Source: Treponema sp.
GTDB lineage: Bacteria > Spirochaetota > Spirochaetia > Treponematales > Treponemataceae
Direction: 5' to 3'
Length of the DNA: 64,000 nt
Assembly: GCA_016293005.1 (NCBI GenBank)
Contig: JAEDFA010000003.1
Location: 3,150 to 67,149 of the forward strand
Made by a program: the position numbers and the translations under genes. Within the stretch, counting starts at the first letter, position 1, and each line of letters begins with the position of its first letter. The notes under the pieces were generated by a model. That model saw only the letters and a program-made list of their open reading frames with translations. It had not been told where the DNA came from and searched no databases. Positions 36,261 through 46,126 of the stretch are shown piece by piece.

Positions 36261-37223
36261 ATGACTGAAGATAAAAGATATAATTCTGTTGTTGTTTTAG
36301 GTCCTACGGCAGTGGGAAAAACTTCTATCGGCGTTCAGATTGCATTGAATTTTAACGGAGAAATCATTTCAGCCGATTCAAGACAGACTTACCGTGGACT
36401 TGATATTGGTTCTGGAAAAGATTTGTGCGAATACACTGTCGGTTCAAAAAAAATTGAGTATCATTTAATCGATGTCGCAGATGTAAACGAAGAATACAAT
36501 GTCTTTAATTTTCAGCAGGATTTTTATAAGATTTTTCCACAGATAATCGAACGCAAAAAACTTCCTGTAATAGTCGGCGGAACGGGAATGTATATAGATT
36601 CTGTAGTTCGTTCTTATGATTTAGTCGATATTCCAGAGAACACGGAACTTCGTGAAAAATTAAAAGATAAAACTCAGGAAGAACTTGCAGAAATCTTAAA
36701 ATCGTTAAAGCCAGAGCTTCACAATAAATGCGATTTAGTTGAACGGGAAAGGACAATTCGCGCCATAGAAATTCAGGAAGGCTTAAAAAGTTCAGAAATA
36801 AAAAAATTCAGAAATCAGACAGCTTCTCGCCCTGATATAAGACCGTTGATTATCGGAACAACTTTTTCTCGCGATTTAGTTAGGGAAAATATTTCAAGAC
36901 GGTTAAAAGAAAGGCTTGAAAACGGCTTAATCGAAGAAGTGGAATCTCTTCACAAAAACGGAACAAGTTTCATTCGTCTTGAAAAACTTGGGCTTGAATA
37001 TAAATATTGTGCGCTTTATCTTCAGGGAAAAATCAAAGATAAGGATGAGCTGTACGAAAAACTTTTTGTTGCTATAAGACAGTTTGCAAAACGCCAGGAA
37101 ACTTGGTTTCGCTTCATGGAAAAAAACGGCGTAGAAATTTTCTGGCTTAAAGAAGTTCAGGATAAAACAGAAAGAATAAACGAGGCATTAAATTTTGTGG
37201 GAAAATATTTTCCTCATATTTAA
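36261..37223 (+). CDS. miaA: tRNA dimethylallyltransferase
   Basis: GPTAVGKT, ISADSRQ.YRGLDIG, VGGTGMY, FAKRQ.TWFR. Confidence 0.96.
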   Translation: MTEDKRYNSVVVLGPTAVGKTSIGVQIALNFNGEIISADSRQTYRGLDIGSGKDLCEYTVGSKKIEYHLIDVADVNEEYNVFNFQQDFYKIFPQIIERKKLPVIVGGTGMYIDSVVRSYDLVDIPENTELREKLKDKTQEELAEILKSLKPELHNKCDLVERERTIRAIEIQEGLKSSEIKKFRNQTASRPDIRPLIIGTTFSRDLVRENISRRLKERLENGLIEEVESLHKNGTSFIRLEKLGLEYKYCALYLQGKIKDKDELYEKLFVAIRQFAKRQETWFRFMEKNGVEIFWLKEVQDKTERINEALNFVGKYFPHI

Positions 37224-37436
37224 TTAAGCGCTTGCAGTTTCTGTTTTGTTTACTTCGGTTAAGTAGCCGGTTTTAAGGGAAAAATCAAAAACTTCTTTGC
37301 TGATGAAATCTAAAGTTTCAGTTTTTTTCCCGTTGATGTTTCTTGAAATTTTTATGTTATAACCGTCTTTATTCTGTGAAATAATCGTAAAAAAGTCGTT
37401 CTGGTTTCCAAGCATTTTTAATGAATAATTTTTCAT
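37224..37436 (-). CDS. Small hypothetical protein (70 aa)
   Basis: Fills the gap; AAGGGA SD-like sequence; sigma28-like promoter upstream. Confidence 0.7.
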   Translation of the reverse strand: MKNYSLKMLGNQNDFFTIISQNKDGYNIKISRNINGKKTETLDFISKEVFDFSLKTGYLTEVNKTETASA

Positions 37437-37472
37437 AATTTTTTCCCTTGATATATTGTAGATTCATATATT

Positions 37473-37500
37473 TTATCGGAGTTTAAAATGAATTTATTAG
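37473..37500 (-). promoter_or_regulatory. sigma28-like promoter CTAAT-N15-TCCGATAA
   Basis: Same geometry and -35 as the flgF promoter at 48722. Confidence 0.65.
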
Positions 37501-38306
37501 ATTTTTCTGATTTTAAGATTGTAGATTCTCACATTCACTTTTACGATTTAAATGAATTTGAAGATTTTTTTAATATTTATAAAACTTCTTTTAAAACTTT
37601 AAAAGAATACACAGTTTTTGTTTCTCTTCATTCTAAAAAAGAATTTGATTTTCTTGAGGAACTTAAGAAAAAATCACAATCAGAAGAAAATTTAAAAATT
37701 TTTACATCTTTTGCCATTCATCCTCAAAATCCTTCGCTTAAAGAATTTGATTTTCTTGAATTTCTTCTTAAAAATAAAAAAATTGATGCTCTAGGCGAAT
37801 TTGGTTTTGATTTATTTTCCGATTCTTTTAAGAAAAATATTTCAAATCAGGAAAAAGCATTTAATATTCAGCTTGAACTTTCTTTATTTTATAATGTGCC
37901 TGTTGTCCTTCATTTTCGAAAAGGTCTTGAATACATTTACCGTTATGCAGAAAAATTAAAAAAACTTCCTGGCGTTTTGTTTCATTCTTTTTTCTGGAGC
38001 GATTTTGAGGCGCTTTCAATTTTAAACAAAATAGAATCATCGTTTTTTTCTTTCGGAAAATCGCTTTTAAAGTTGAACAAAAAGTCTTTGTCATGCGTAA
38101 AAAATCTTCCGCTTTCTGCTATTCTTCTTGAAACTGACGCGCCTTTTCAGACTTTAAAAAATGAAGTTTACACAAAAGAAGATGCAATTTTTGAGGTCTA
38201 TAAAAGTGCATATAAAATAAAAAAAGATTATTCTTTTGAAAACAAATCTTTCTTTGAATTTTCTGAAGTTTTGGCAAATAATTTTAATATTCTGCTTTCA
38301 AATTAA
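37488..38306 (+). CDS. TatD-family hydrolase
   Basis: DSHIH, IHP, GEFGFD, LH.R, FHSF, LETDAP. Confidence 0.88.
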   Translation: MNLLDFSDFKIVDSHIHFYDLNEFEDFFNIYKTSFKTLKEYTVFVSLHSKKEFDFLEELKKKSQSEENLKIFTSFAIHPQNPSLKEFDFLEFLLKNKKIDALGEFGFDLFSDSFKKNISNQEKAFNIQLELSLFYNVPVVLHFRKGLEYIYRYAEKLKKLPGVLFHSFFWSDFEALSILNKIESSFFSFGKSLLKLNKKSLSCVKNLPLSAILLETDAPFQTLKNEVYTKEDAIFEVYKSAYKIKKDYSFENKSFFEFSEVLANNFNILLSN

Positions 38307-38329
38307 TTCTTTTTTGATATAATAAAAAT

Positions 38330-40033
38330 ATGAATAAAATAAAAATTCCGGTTTATATAATTTTAATTTCATCAGTTCTTTTTTCACTTTCGACTCTTTC
38401 TTTTTCATTTGACATTTCACTTTTAGCGTTTCCATTGAGTATAATTTATGCTGCAATAGTTTTTTATTTTCTTTATTTAAAGGCACTTTCAAAAAAAGAA
38501 TTTAAGGCTGCACTTGTTTCACGAAAACTTCTTCAGTATATATGTTTTGTATTTTTCTTGACTTTTATTCTTCGCCGTGCAGGAAAATACGAAACTTTTT
38601 ATTGGCTTGATGTAGTTTCTGTTTTTCTGTGGTGCGTAACTTTTGTTGTTTCACTTATAATTCTTCATTATTTTAAAGATAAACGGCTTTATTCCCTTGA
38701 AGAATCCTGGAAAAATTTTAAAAAACCGGCTGGTAAAATTATTGCAGTAAGCAAAGAAAAACGAAAATCTTTCTTTCGTGAGATTGTCGATTGGATTGAC
38801 GCTTTGTTTCAGGCGATTTTTATGGTTTTATTGATTCAGATTTTTGTCTTTCAGCTTTATGTAATTCCAAGCGAGTCAATGGTTCCATATTTTTTAATCG
38901 GCGACAGAGTTGTAGTTTTTAAAATTTTCAGCGGTCCAAAATTTCCTTTGAGCGAAGTAGGGCTTCTTGATTTTAAAAAATACAAACGGGGTGATGTTGT
39001 TGTTTTCAGAAATCCTCATTACAGCCTTGACAGAAAAAGTGAAATAAAAACTGTTCTTTCCCAGATTATTTATATGCTCACTTTTACCGGCGTAAATTTG
39101 AATGTAGATGAAAACGGAGAAATTAAAGCAGATCCTCTTGTAAAAAGAATTTGCGGTGAACCGGGAGAGCAGCTTGTTATGCAGGACGGAATTTTATATG
39201 CAAGAACTAAGGAAAACAATGCTTTTATTCCTGTCGAATACGATTCTAAAGTTGCTGCATGGAATTTAAATCCTCTTGTAGAATCCCGTGCAAAGAAAAA
39301 ACAGATTCAGTATATTCCTCTAACTCAAAGTCAATATGACCAGATGATTTTAACCGAAGATATGAAAAATAATCTTGATATTGAAAAAACTATAGAAGAA
39401 TGTAAACTCATTGCAGAAAAAATAAAAAAATCAAACATAAATCTTGTTGAATTTCAAGATTATTTTAATTCAGTTTTTCATTTTAACGGGAAACCTTTTT
39501 CATCTGTAGAAAATTTCGTTCATTTTATGACTGACTGGATAAATACAAAAAATGAGTCACTACAGAAAATTTCAAACGACATTTATTCTCTTTCAAATTA
39601 TAAATTGAATCTTTTAATAAAACTCAATGTAGGAAAAACTGTTCTTCAGTTTATTAAATTAAAAAATTCTCCTCTTGAAAAAGATTTTTCTTCAGATTCT
39701 GTCATTGAAGAATGTTCAAAAAATATAGAACTTTTGTACAATTATTTGCGCATTTTAGACAGCCGTAATATGCCGGTTTTTCCACCGAACAATCAAGACG
39801 GAAGCGCACAGTATATTCCTGAAAACTGCTATTTTATGATGGGAGATAACCGTTTTAATTCCCTTGATATGAGGCATTCTTATGATTTTAAGTTAAAGTC
39901 ATTGTCTGAATTTGATGATTTTTCTGCTTCTTATTTTTCAAATATGGCTCCGCAGACTGTAAATCAAAAATATATTCTCGGAACGACATGTTTCAGATTT
40001 ATGCCTGTAAATAGAATTGGGGTTTTAAAATAA
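38330..40033 (+). CDS. lepB: Signal peptidase I (long form)
   Basis: IPSESM (catalytic Ser), RGDVVVF, LVKR (Lys), MGDNRFNSLDMR. Confidence 0.9.
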   Translation: MNKIKIPVYIILISSVLFSLSTLSFSFDISLLAFPLSIIYAAIVFYFLYLKALSKKEFKAALVSRKLLQYICFVFFLTFILRRAGKYETFYWLDVVSVFLWCVTFVVSLIILHYFKDKRLYSLEESWKNFKKPAGKIIAVSKEKRKSFFREIVDWIDALFQAIFMVLLIQIFVFQLYVIPSESMVPYFLIGDRVVVFKIFSGPKFPLSEVGLLDFKKYKRGDVVVFRNPHYSLDRKSEIKTVLSQIIYMLTFTGVNLNVDENGEIKADPLVKRICGEPGEQLVMQDGILYARTKENNAFIPVEYDSKVAAWNLNPLVESRAKKKQIQYIPLTQSQYDQMILTEDMKNNLDIEKTIEECKLIAEKIKKSNINLVEFQDYFNSVFHFNGKPFSSVENFVHFMTDWINTKNESLQKISNDIYSLSNYKLNLLIKLNVGKTVLQFIKLKNSPLEKDFSSDSVIEECSKNIELLYNYLRILDSRNMPVFPPNNQDGSAQYIPENCYFMMGDNRFNSLDMRHSYDFKLKSLSEFDDFSASYFSNMAPQTVNQKYILGTTCFRFMPVNRIGVLK

Positions 40034-40057
40034 TTTTATTATTAAATGTACAAAAAT

Positions 40058-40105
40058 AAAAAAGGCTTGAAATAAAATTTTGATTTTTTTTTCAGGCCTT
40101 TTTTT
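40058..40105. terminator. Bidirectional terminator between lepB and secA
   Basis: A6-GGCTTGAAA ... TTTCAGGCC-T7. Confidence 0.7.
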
Positions 40106-40137
40106 GTTTTAAACTATTTTTAGGATTTTTTATTTTT

Positions 40138-42954
40138 TTAGTTTCTTCCGCAGCACTGTTTGTATTTTTTTCCTGAACCGCACGGACACGGATCGTTTCT
40201 TCCGACTTTTGGAGAAGAGCGTCTTACTGTAACTGTGGAACTTTGAGTTCTTGACTGCATAACAGAATTTTGTGCCTGTCTTCTTGCTGATTCTCCGCTC
40301 ATAGCAGTCTGTGCGTTTCTTTGCTGAACCTGCGAAATGCTCAGCGCTTCTGAATGCTGTGCGTTCATCTTTTGCTGCATTCTTTCTGCCATGATTTTGC
40401 GCTGTGCCTGTGCTTCTGGTGAAAGCTGAACACGGACTTTGAAAACTCGAGACATAACTTGAGTTCTGATTGAATCAAGCATTTCGTCGAACATATCAAA
40501 ACCGTCATTTTTATACTCGGTTAACGGATTTTTTGAACCGTAAGAGCGTAAACTTACTGCTTCCCGTAAACTTTCAAGCGCCTGAAGCTGGTCGAGCCAT
40601 TTTTTATCGATTACCTGTACATACTGATAGCGTATGAACATATTAAGATTTTCTTTTCCGGCAAGAGTTTCTTTTTCTGTAAGGTCGTTTTGAAGAACTG
40701 AAATAAGAGCATCCTGATTTAACCGTTCTTGAGGAAGTGAAACTGCAAAAAGGTTTTTAATCTTGTCGTTTAATTCCTGTATTAACTGAGAATTATCTCT
40801 TGTTTTTCTTGAGGCATAAGAATATTCGCTGAAAAGGCTTTCAACTTCGTCTCTTGCATTGTTCATGATTCTGTCTGCAAGGTTTTCGTCTTTGAGAATT
40901 TCGTCGCGCTGTTCGTAGATTACAGTTCTTTGTTCGTTTAAAACATCATCGTAATCAAGAAGGTGTTTTCGGATTTCAAAGTTTCTGTCTTCTACTTTTT
41001 GCTGAGCTTTTTCGATTCCTTTGTTGAGCCAAGGATGATCGATAGGTTCTCCAGGCTGCATACCGATTCTTGTCATCATCACTTTCATTTTTTCGCCGCC
41101 GAAAAGACGCATTAAATCATCGTCCATTGAAATGAAGAATTTGCTTCTTCCCGGATCTCCCTGACGACCTGAACGACCTCGAAGCTGGTTATCGATTCGC
41201 CTTGATTCGTGGCGCTCTGAACCGATTACATAAAGACCACCTGCGTTTTTTACTTCTTCGTTGTCTTTAAGCCATTTTTCTTTTTCGATTTTGAGGGCTG
41301 CTTCAAACTGTTCTTTAGAGGCATCTGTTCCGGCTCGTTTTCTTGCCCTGAATTCCGGGTTTCCGCCGAGTTTGATATCTGTTCCTCGACCTGCCATGTT
41401 TGTAGCGATTGTTACAGCGCCTTTTGCACCTGCTTCGGCAATGATGAGGGCTTCCCTTGCGTGGTTTTTAGCGTTTAGGACTTCGTGGCGTATACCTTTT
41501 TTGGTGAGAATTGCAGAAAGGACTTCTGATTTTTCAACAGAAACTGTTCCGACTAGAACTGGCTGACCTTTTTCGTGGGCAGCTTTTATTTCTTTTGCAA
41601 TTGCTTCCCATTTGTCGCTTTCGTTTAAGTAAACTTCGTCATTTTCATCGATTCTTGCTACCGGCTTGTTTGTTGGAATTGCAACTACATCGAGATTGTA
41701 GATTTTGTTGAATTCAACTTGCTCTGTTTGCGCAGTTCCTGTCATTCCTGAAAGTTTTTCATACATTCTGAAGAAATTCTGGAATGTAATTGTTGCAAGT
41801 GTTCTGTTTCGCTGTGCGATTTTTAAGTGTTCTTTTGCTTCGATTGCCTGATGAAGACCGTCGCCGTATCTTCTTCCTTCTAAAACGCGTCCTGTAAACT
41901 CGTCTACAATCTGAACCTGACCGTCGCGAACAAGATAATCTACATTTATTTTATATAATGTATGTGCCCGTAAAGCTTGAGTGAAGTAGTGGACATATTC
42001 AAAATTTTCTTCATCAACAACTGAAGAATCTTGAGAAATGAGGTTATGCGCATGAAGAATTTCGTCGATGTGATTGATTCCCTTGTCTGTGAAAGAAACT
42101 CTTTTTGATTTTTCATCTAGCTTGTAGTCGCCTTTTAAAGCTTTGCGCTGCTCTATATCCATATCAACTTCATCCGGATAATCTCCAGTTTTAGGGTCTT
42201 TTTCCATCTCTGTGAGTTGATTTATATATTTGTCGACTTCGTGGTATTTATAAGTGTCGTCTTCGCCCTGACCTGAAATGATTAACGGTGTTCTTGCTTC
42301 ATCGATTAAAATGGAGTCGATTTCATCTACTACGCAGAAATTAAAGCCTCTTTGAACTTTGTTTTTCATATCAATCTGCATATTGTCTCGAAGATAGTCA
42401 AAGCCGAATTCGTTGTTTGTTCCGTAAGTGATGTCGCAGGCATAAGATTTTTTTCTTGCGTCGTTGTCCATGTTTGAAAGTATTGAACCGACTGTAAGCC
42501 CCAGATATGAATAAACTGGACGCATCCAGTCAGCATCTCGTTCTGCAAGGTAGTCGTTTACGGTTACGACATGAACACCTTTTCCTGTAAGTGCATTTAA
42601 ATAAACGGCAGGAACGCACATGAGAGTTTTTCCTTCACCTGTTTTCATTTCTGTGATTCTGCCTGAATGAAGAACGAGTGAACCCATAAGCTGAACATCG
42701 TAAGCTCGTTCTCCAAGAACTCTGTTTGCTGCTTCACGGGCAAGTGCAAACGCTTCTGGAAGAATATCGTTTAAGGTTTCCCCATTTTGAAGTCTTTGTT
42801 TAAAAATTTCAGTCTGATTTTTAAAATCTGATTCTGAAAGGCTTTGTGCCCAACTTTCTTTTGCATTGATTTGCGCAACGACTGGTTTTAGTTTTTTTAC
42901 ATCGCGGTCATTTTGTGAACCGAAAATAAGCGTTAAAATTCTGTCAATAATCAT
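40138..42954 (-). CDS. secA: Preprotein translocase ATPase SecA
   Basis: [52 protein letters not shown]-terminal SEC-C motif. Confidence 0.99.
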   Translation of the reverse strand: MIIDRILTLIFGSQNDRDVKKLKPVVAQINAKESWAQSLSESDFKNQTEIFKQRLQNGETLNDILPEAFALAREAANRVLGERAYDVQLMGSLVLHSGRITEMKTGEGKTLMCVPAVYLNALTGKGVHVVTVNDYLAERDADWMRPVYSYLGLTVGSILSNMDNDARKKSYACDITYGTNNEFGFDYLRDNMQIDMKNKVQRGFNFCVVDEIDSILIDEARTPLIISGQGEDDTYKYHEVDKYINQLTEMEKDPKTGDYPDEVDMDIEQRKALKGDYKLDEKSKRVSFTDKGINHIDEILHAHNLISQDSSVVDEENFEYVHYFTQALRAHTLYKINVDYLVRDGQVQIVDEFTGRVLEGRRYGDGLHQAIEAKEHLKIAQRNRTLATITFQNFFRMYEKLSGMTGTAQTEQVEFNKIYNLDVVAIPTNKPVARIDENDEVYLNESDKWEAIAKEIKAAHEKGQPVLVGTVSVEKSEVLSAILTKKGIRHEVLNAKNHAREALIIAEAGAKGAVTIATNMAGRGTDIKLGGNPEFRARKRAGTDASKEQFEAALKIEKEKWLKDNEEVKNAGGLYVIGSERHESRRIDNQLRGRSGRQGDPGRSKFFISMDDDLMRLFGGEKMKVMMTRIGMQPGEPIDHPWLNKGIEKAQQKVEDRNFEIRKHLLDYDDVLNEQRTVIYEQRDEILKDENLADRIMNNARDEVESLFSEYSYASRKTRDNSQLIQELNDKIKNLFAVSLPQERLNQDALISVLQNDLTEKETLAGKENLNMFIRYQYVQVIDKKWLDQLQALESLREAVSLRSYGSKNPLTEYKNDGFDMFDEMLDSIRTQVMSRVFKVRVQLSPEAQAQRKIMAERMQQKMNAQHSEALSISQVQQRNAQTAMSGESARRQAQNSVMQSRTQSSTVTVRRSSPKVGRNDPCPCGSGKKYKQCCGRN

Positions 42955-43019
42955 ATTACTAATATAAAGTTTTTTTTATTTCAAGTAAAGAACTTTTACA
43001 ATATGGTTTTTAATGAGCG

Positions 43020-43048
43020 TTGACAGAATTATTCGTAAACTTTATTCT
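43020..43048 (+). promoter_or_regulatory. sigma70-like promoter TTGACA-N17-TATTCT, 7 nt before ATG 43056 (leaderless candidate)
   Basis: Perfect -35, 17-bp spacer. Confidence 0.7.
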
Positions 43049-43055
43049 AGTAAAG

Positions 43056-44270
43056 ATGAAAAAGACAATTACACTTTTTTTGCTTTTTTTTACTATCTTT
43101 TTTTATTCTTGTTCACGAAAAAATTCGCTTCAGTCAGTTTCAGAAGAAGAGCTTTTTTCCTTGAATTATGGAAATTTTGAAGACGAACTTGATCTTTTTG
43201 GAATCACAAATATCGGTAAAGTTACAACCAGCATCACTATGAAAGACGGTTTTTTCTATATAGTAAATGGTCAGAATCAAAAAATTCTTTCGTTTAATTC
43301 TTATGGAGATCTTCTTTCCGTTTATTATAATGAAGATTTTTATAAAGAAAAATTTCCGATGCTTTTTTCAAAATCAACTCAAGCTCTTTCAAAACCTGTT
43401 TCTTATCCGTTTGAATTTGACGGAAAAATCGTTGTAGATTCAAAGAAATACATGTATGCGGCGGGAATTGTTCCAAAAGAACGAAACGAGCAGGATGAAA
43501 AAGAAAATCTTTTGTATAGTCAGGTTGTATTGCGTTTTTCAAGTGATGGAACTGTGCTAGATTATATTGGTCAGCAGGGACCTAGCGGAACTCCATTTCC
43601 GTTTATAAGAAAAATTTATGTAAATCAGGAAAATGAACTTACAGTCGTTTCAAATACAAATGAAGGATTATGCGTTTACTGGTTTTCATCTGACGGTTAT
43701 TTAAAATATCGTATTCCTGTGACGCAAAAAGATGTTCCTCTAGTATCGCTTGAAAAACTCGTTTCAAATGTTAATGAACTTTATGTTTCCGTTGAAAATG
43801 TAGTTCCTGATTATTCTTCTCAGACGCTTTTTGTAAAAGTTGATTATTATATTCCATATATTGACGCTGAATCAAAAATTAAGTCTGGCGTAAATTATTA
43901 CGAAACTGTCGTTTATTTTCTTGACCTTTTAACAGGAACTTATAAAGATTCTATCGTGATTCCTCCTTATGAACAGTCAGTCACAGAAGATTTCAGTAAA
44001 CTTACTTATAAAATTCCATACGATTTTCTTGGCGTTACAAAAAACGGCTGGTTTTATTTTCTGCTTTCAACGCAGGACGGTTATTCAGTTCAGATTGTAA
44101 ACTCAAAAACTCAGCATGTCATAAAAAGGTCCCTTTCCGTAAATCACGATGATATTTTGTTTTCTTCATTTTCTTTAAGTGATGAAGGAATTATTTCGGC
44201 TCTTCTTGCAGAAAAAGAAAAATGCCGCGTTGTCTGGTGGAAAACAGATTTGCTTACAGGAAACCTTTAA
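43056..44270 (+). CDS. Spirochaetal lipoprotein, beta-rich (LIC_12708-like)
   Basis: MKK, hydrophobic core and FFYS-C lipobox; FNSYGDLL, YIGQQG.SGTPFPFI. Confidence 0.7.
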   Translation: MKKTITLFLLFFTIFFYSCSRKNSLQSVSEEELFSLNYGNFEDELDLFGITNIGKVTTSITMKDGFFYIVNGQNQKILSFNSYGDLLSVYYNEDFYKEKFPMLFSKSTQALSKPVSYPFEFDGKIVVDSKKYMYAAGIVPKERNEQDEKENLLYSQVVLRFSSDGTVLDYIGQQGPSGTPFPFIRKIYVNQENELTVVSNTNEGLCVYWFSSDGYLKYRIPVTQKDVPLVSLEKLVSNVNELYVSVENVVPDYSSQTLFVKVDYYIPYIDAESKIKSGVNYYETVVYFLDLLTGTYKDSIVIPPYEQSVTEDFSKLTYKIPYDFLGVTKNGWFYFLLSTQDGYSVQIVNSKTQHVIKRSLSVNHDDILFSSFSLSDEGIISALLAEKEKCRVVWWKTDLLTGNL

Positions 44271-44271
44271 A

Positions 44272-44850
44272 ATGAATTTTAAAAATATTGACGAAGGTCA
44301 TCAGGATAATGGTGAAAACATTCATTTTCTTTACAACAGGGAAGAGCGGCTTAAAAATGCTCCAAAAATCGTTCAGGATTATTACGCAGGAAAAGTTTTC
44401 AATTATGACACTGGCGTAAAAGGTCTTTTTAAAAGTCTTGTAAGTACAAAAACAAACAGATTTCTTTTGATTTCGATAATTTTATTTTTAGCGTGCATAT
44501 ATCTTTTTTCGTTTCTTTCAAAAAATCAGAATAGTACTGCATGCGGTTTTCCTGTTCAGTTTGAATCTTTTTCTTACAACGAAAGAATTTATGTTTCATT
44601 AAAATTTCTTGAGAAAAAATTAAATAATAAAGAATATATGGATTCTTCTGATGTTTCCGTAATTTTTTACGGTGTAAATAATGATGGTGAAATTTCTTAC
44701 AAATCTGAAGAATTTTTTGAAAAATATCAGGGAAAAGAGTTTTTTTTGCGTGCTGATTTTCCAGATTATGATATTATAAAAGTAGAGGCGGAAATTTCTG
44801 TTAAAGATAAAAAAGACAGAATTACAGCAAAAATCAAAAAACGCTCTTAA
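44272..44850 (+). CDS. Hypothetical membrane-anchored protein
   Basis: Starts 1 nt after the previous stop; F.YNREERLKNAP..V motif; single TM. Confidence 0.7.
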   Translation: MNFKNIDEGHQDNGENIHFLYNREERLKNAPKIVQDYYAGKVFNYDTGVKGLFKSLVSTKTNRFLLISIILFLACIYLFSFLSKNQNSTACGFPVQFESFSYNERIYVSLKFLEKKLNNKEYMDSSDVSVIFYGVNNDGEISYKSEEFFEKYQGKEFFLRADFPDYDIIKVEAEISVKDKKDRITAKIKKRS

Positions 44851-44901
44851 GGTTTATGTAAAAAGTAGTGTAAGCTAAAACCGCTAATTATGGGAGTTTT
44901 A

Positions 44902-45360
44902 ATGATACAGTTTTATTTTCTTTCAATTCTTTTGAATTTAATGACAGGTTCAGTTCTTTTGTATTCTTCCGCTAATTTAGACGGCGATTCTGATTTAGAA
45001 AGTGAAAAAAAATCTTCTTTTATAAAATCGCTGTTTGAAAAAATCTTTGGAAGTTCAGGAATTTTAGAAGATTCTCTTTTTATTCTCGTTGTTGCTTTTC
45101 TTTCTTTTTTCACGGGAATTATAAAACTTTTTTTTCCTGTAAATAAAATAATCATTTTTGGGGATTTGCTTCCTTCTTTGACAGGCATTTTAGGAGGACT
45201 ATCGCTTTTATTTTCGTATTATTCAGAAAAATCTGATGTTGCCTTTCAGCTTCCTTCTTTTTTAGAAAAAATCTTCGTTTCAGAAAAAAATATCTTTGGT
45301 ATTTTAAGTATTATTATTGCAATACTTCATTTTATTCTTCCAGGAGTTTTATTTTTATGA
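44902..45360 (+). CDS. Hypothetical integral membrane protein
   Basis: About 4 hydrophobic segments; GGAG RBS. Confidence 0.75.
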   Translation: MIQFYFLSILLNLMTGSVLLYSSANLDGDSDLESEKKSSFIKSLFEKIFGSSGILEDSLFILVVAFLSFFTGIIKLFFPVNKIIIFGDLLPSLTGILGGLSLLFSYYSEKSDVAFQLPSFLEKIFVSEKNIFGILSIIIAILHFILPGVLFL

Positions 45361-45770
45361 ATGTATCAGTTGCCTGTATTATTTTTAACGGTGAAAAAAT
45401 TTTAATTGCAAAACGGAATCCCGTCGGCGATATGGGAAATCGATGGGAATTCCCGGGCGGAAAAGTCGATCCTGGTGAAAGCGATTTCCAGACTATTGTC
45501 CGTGAAATGAGTGAAGAATTCGGTGTAAAGGCTGTTCCCGGCATTCTCATTGCAGAAGATTCTTTTGTTCACAATGGAAAAGAAAATGTTCTTCACGCAT
45601 ATCTGGTTTCACTTGAGCACGACGGACTTTCAAAGCCTTATGTATTGACAGAACATTCTGAATATAAATGGGTTTTCCCGCAGGAAATTAAGAATCTTGA
45701 TTTTGTTGATTCTGATTTAAAAATTTATCCAAAAGTTTTAAAATTTCTTGAAAGCAAGGCTGAATCATGA
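45357..45770 (+). CDS. NUDIX hydrolase (MutT-like)
   Basis: WEFPGGKVDPGE...REMSEEFG NUDIX box. Confidence 0.93.
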   Translation: MNVSVACIIFNGEKILIAKRNPVGDMGNRWEFPGGKVDPGESDFQTIVREMSEEFGVKAVPGILIAEDSFVHNGKENVLHAYLVSLEHDGLSKPYVLTEHSEYKWVFPQEIKNLDFVDSDLKIYPKVLKFLESKAES

Positions 45771-46126
45771 AAAATAGAATTTTCGCAATTTTTTTATTTT
45801 GTAGTTTTATTTTTATTTTTTCAGGCTGCAGAAAATCTTCTGTAATCGTCCTTGATGATTCAGATCCGCTTGCTTTAATGCCAGATGTAAAATGGGCATT
45901 GATTGTAAATCCTTATGTTGGTTTTCAAAAAGAGGCAAACTGGGATTCTGATGTAATTTCTCATGCCCGAAAAGGAGAAATTTTTCAAATCGCCGGAAAA
46001 TCTGTAAATTATCAGAATGAAGTCTGGTATAAATTTGAGGAGGGCTATCTTCATGAATCAGTTCTCCTCGTTTATTCAAATAAACTGAAAGCAAAAAAAG
46101 CTTTTCAAATTATGGAAGAAAATTAA
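45767..46126 (+). CDS. Small lipoprotein, possibly SH3-like
   Basis: IFSG-C lipobox; ARKGEIFQI...WYK...GYL pattern. Confidence 0.65.
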   Translation: MKNRIFAIFLFCSFIFIFSGCRKSSVIVLDDSDPLALMPDVKWALIVNPYVGFQKEANWDSDVISHARKGEIFQIAGKSVNYQNEVWYKFEEGYLHESVLLVYSNKLKAKKAFQIMEEN

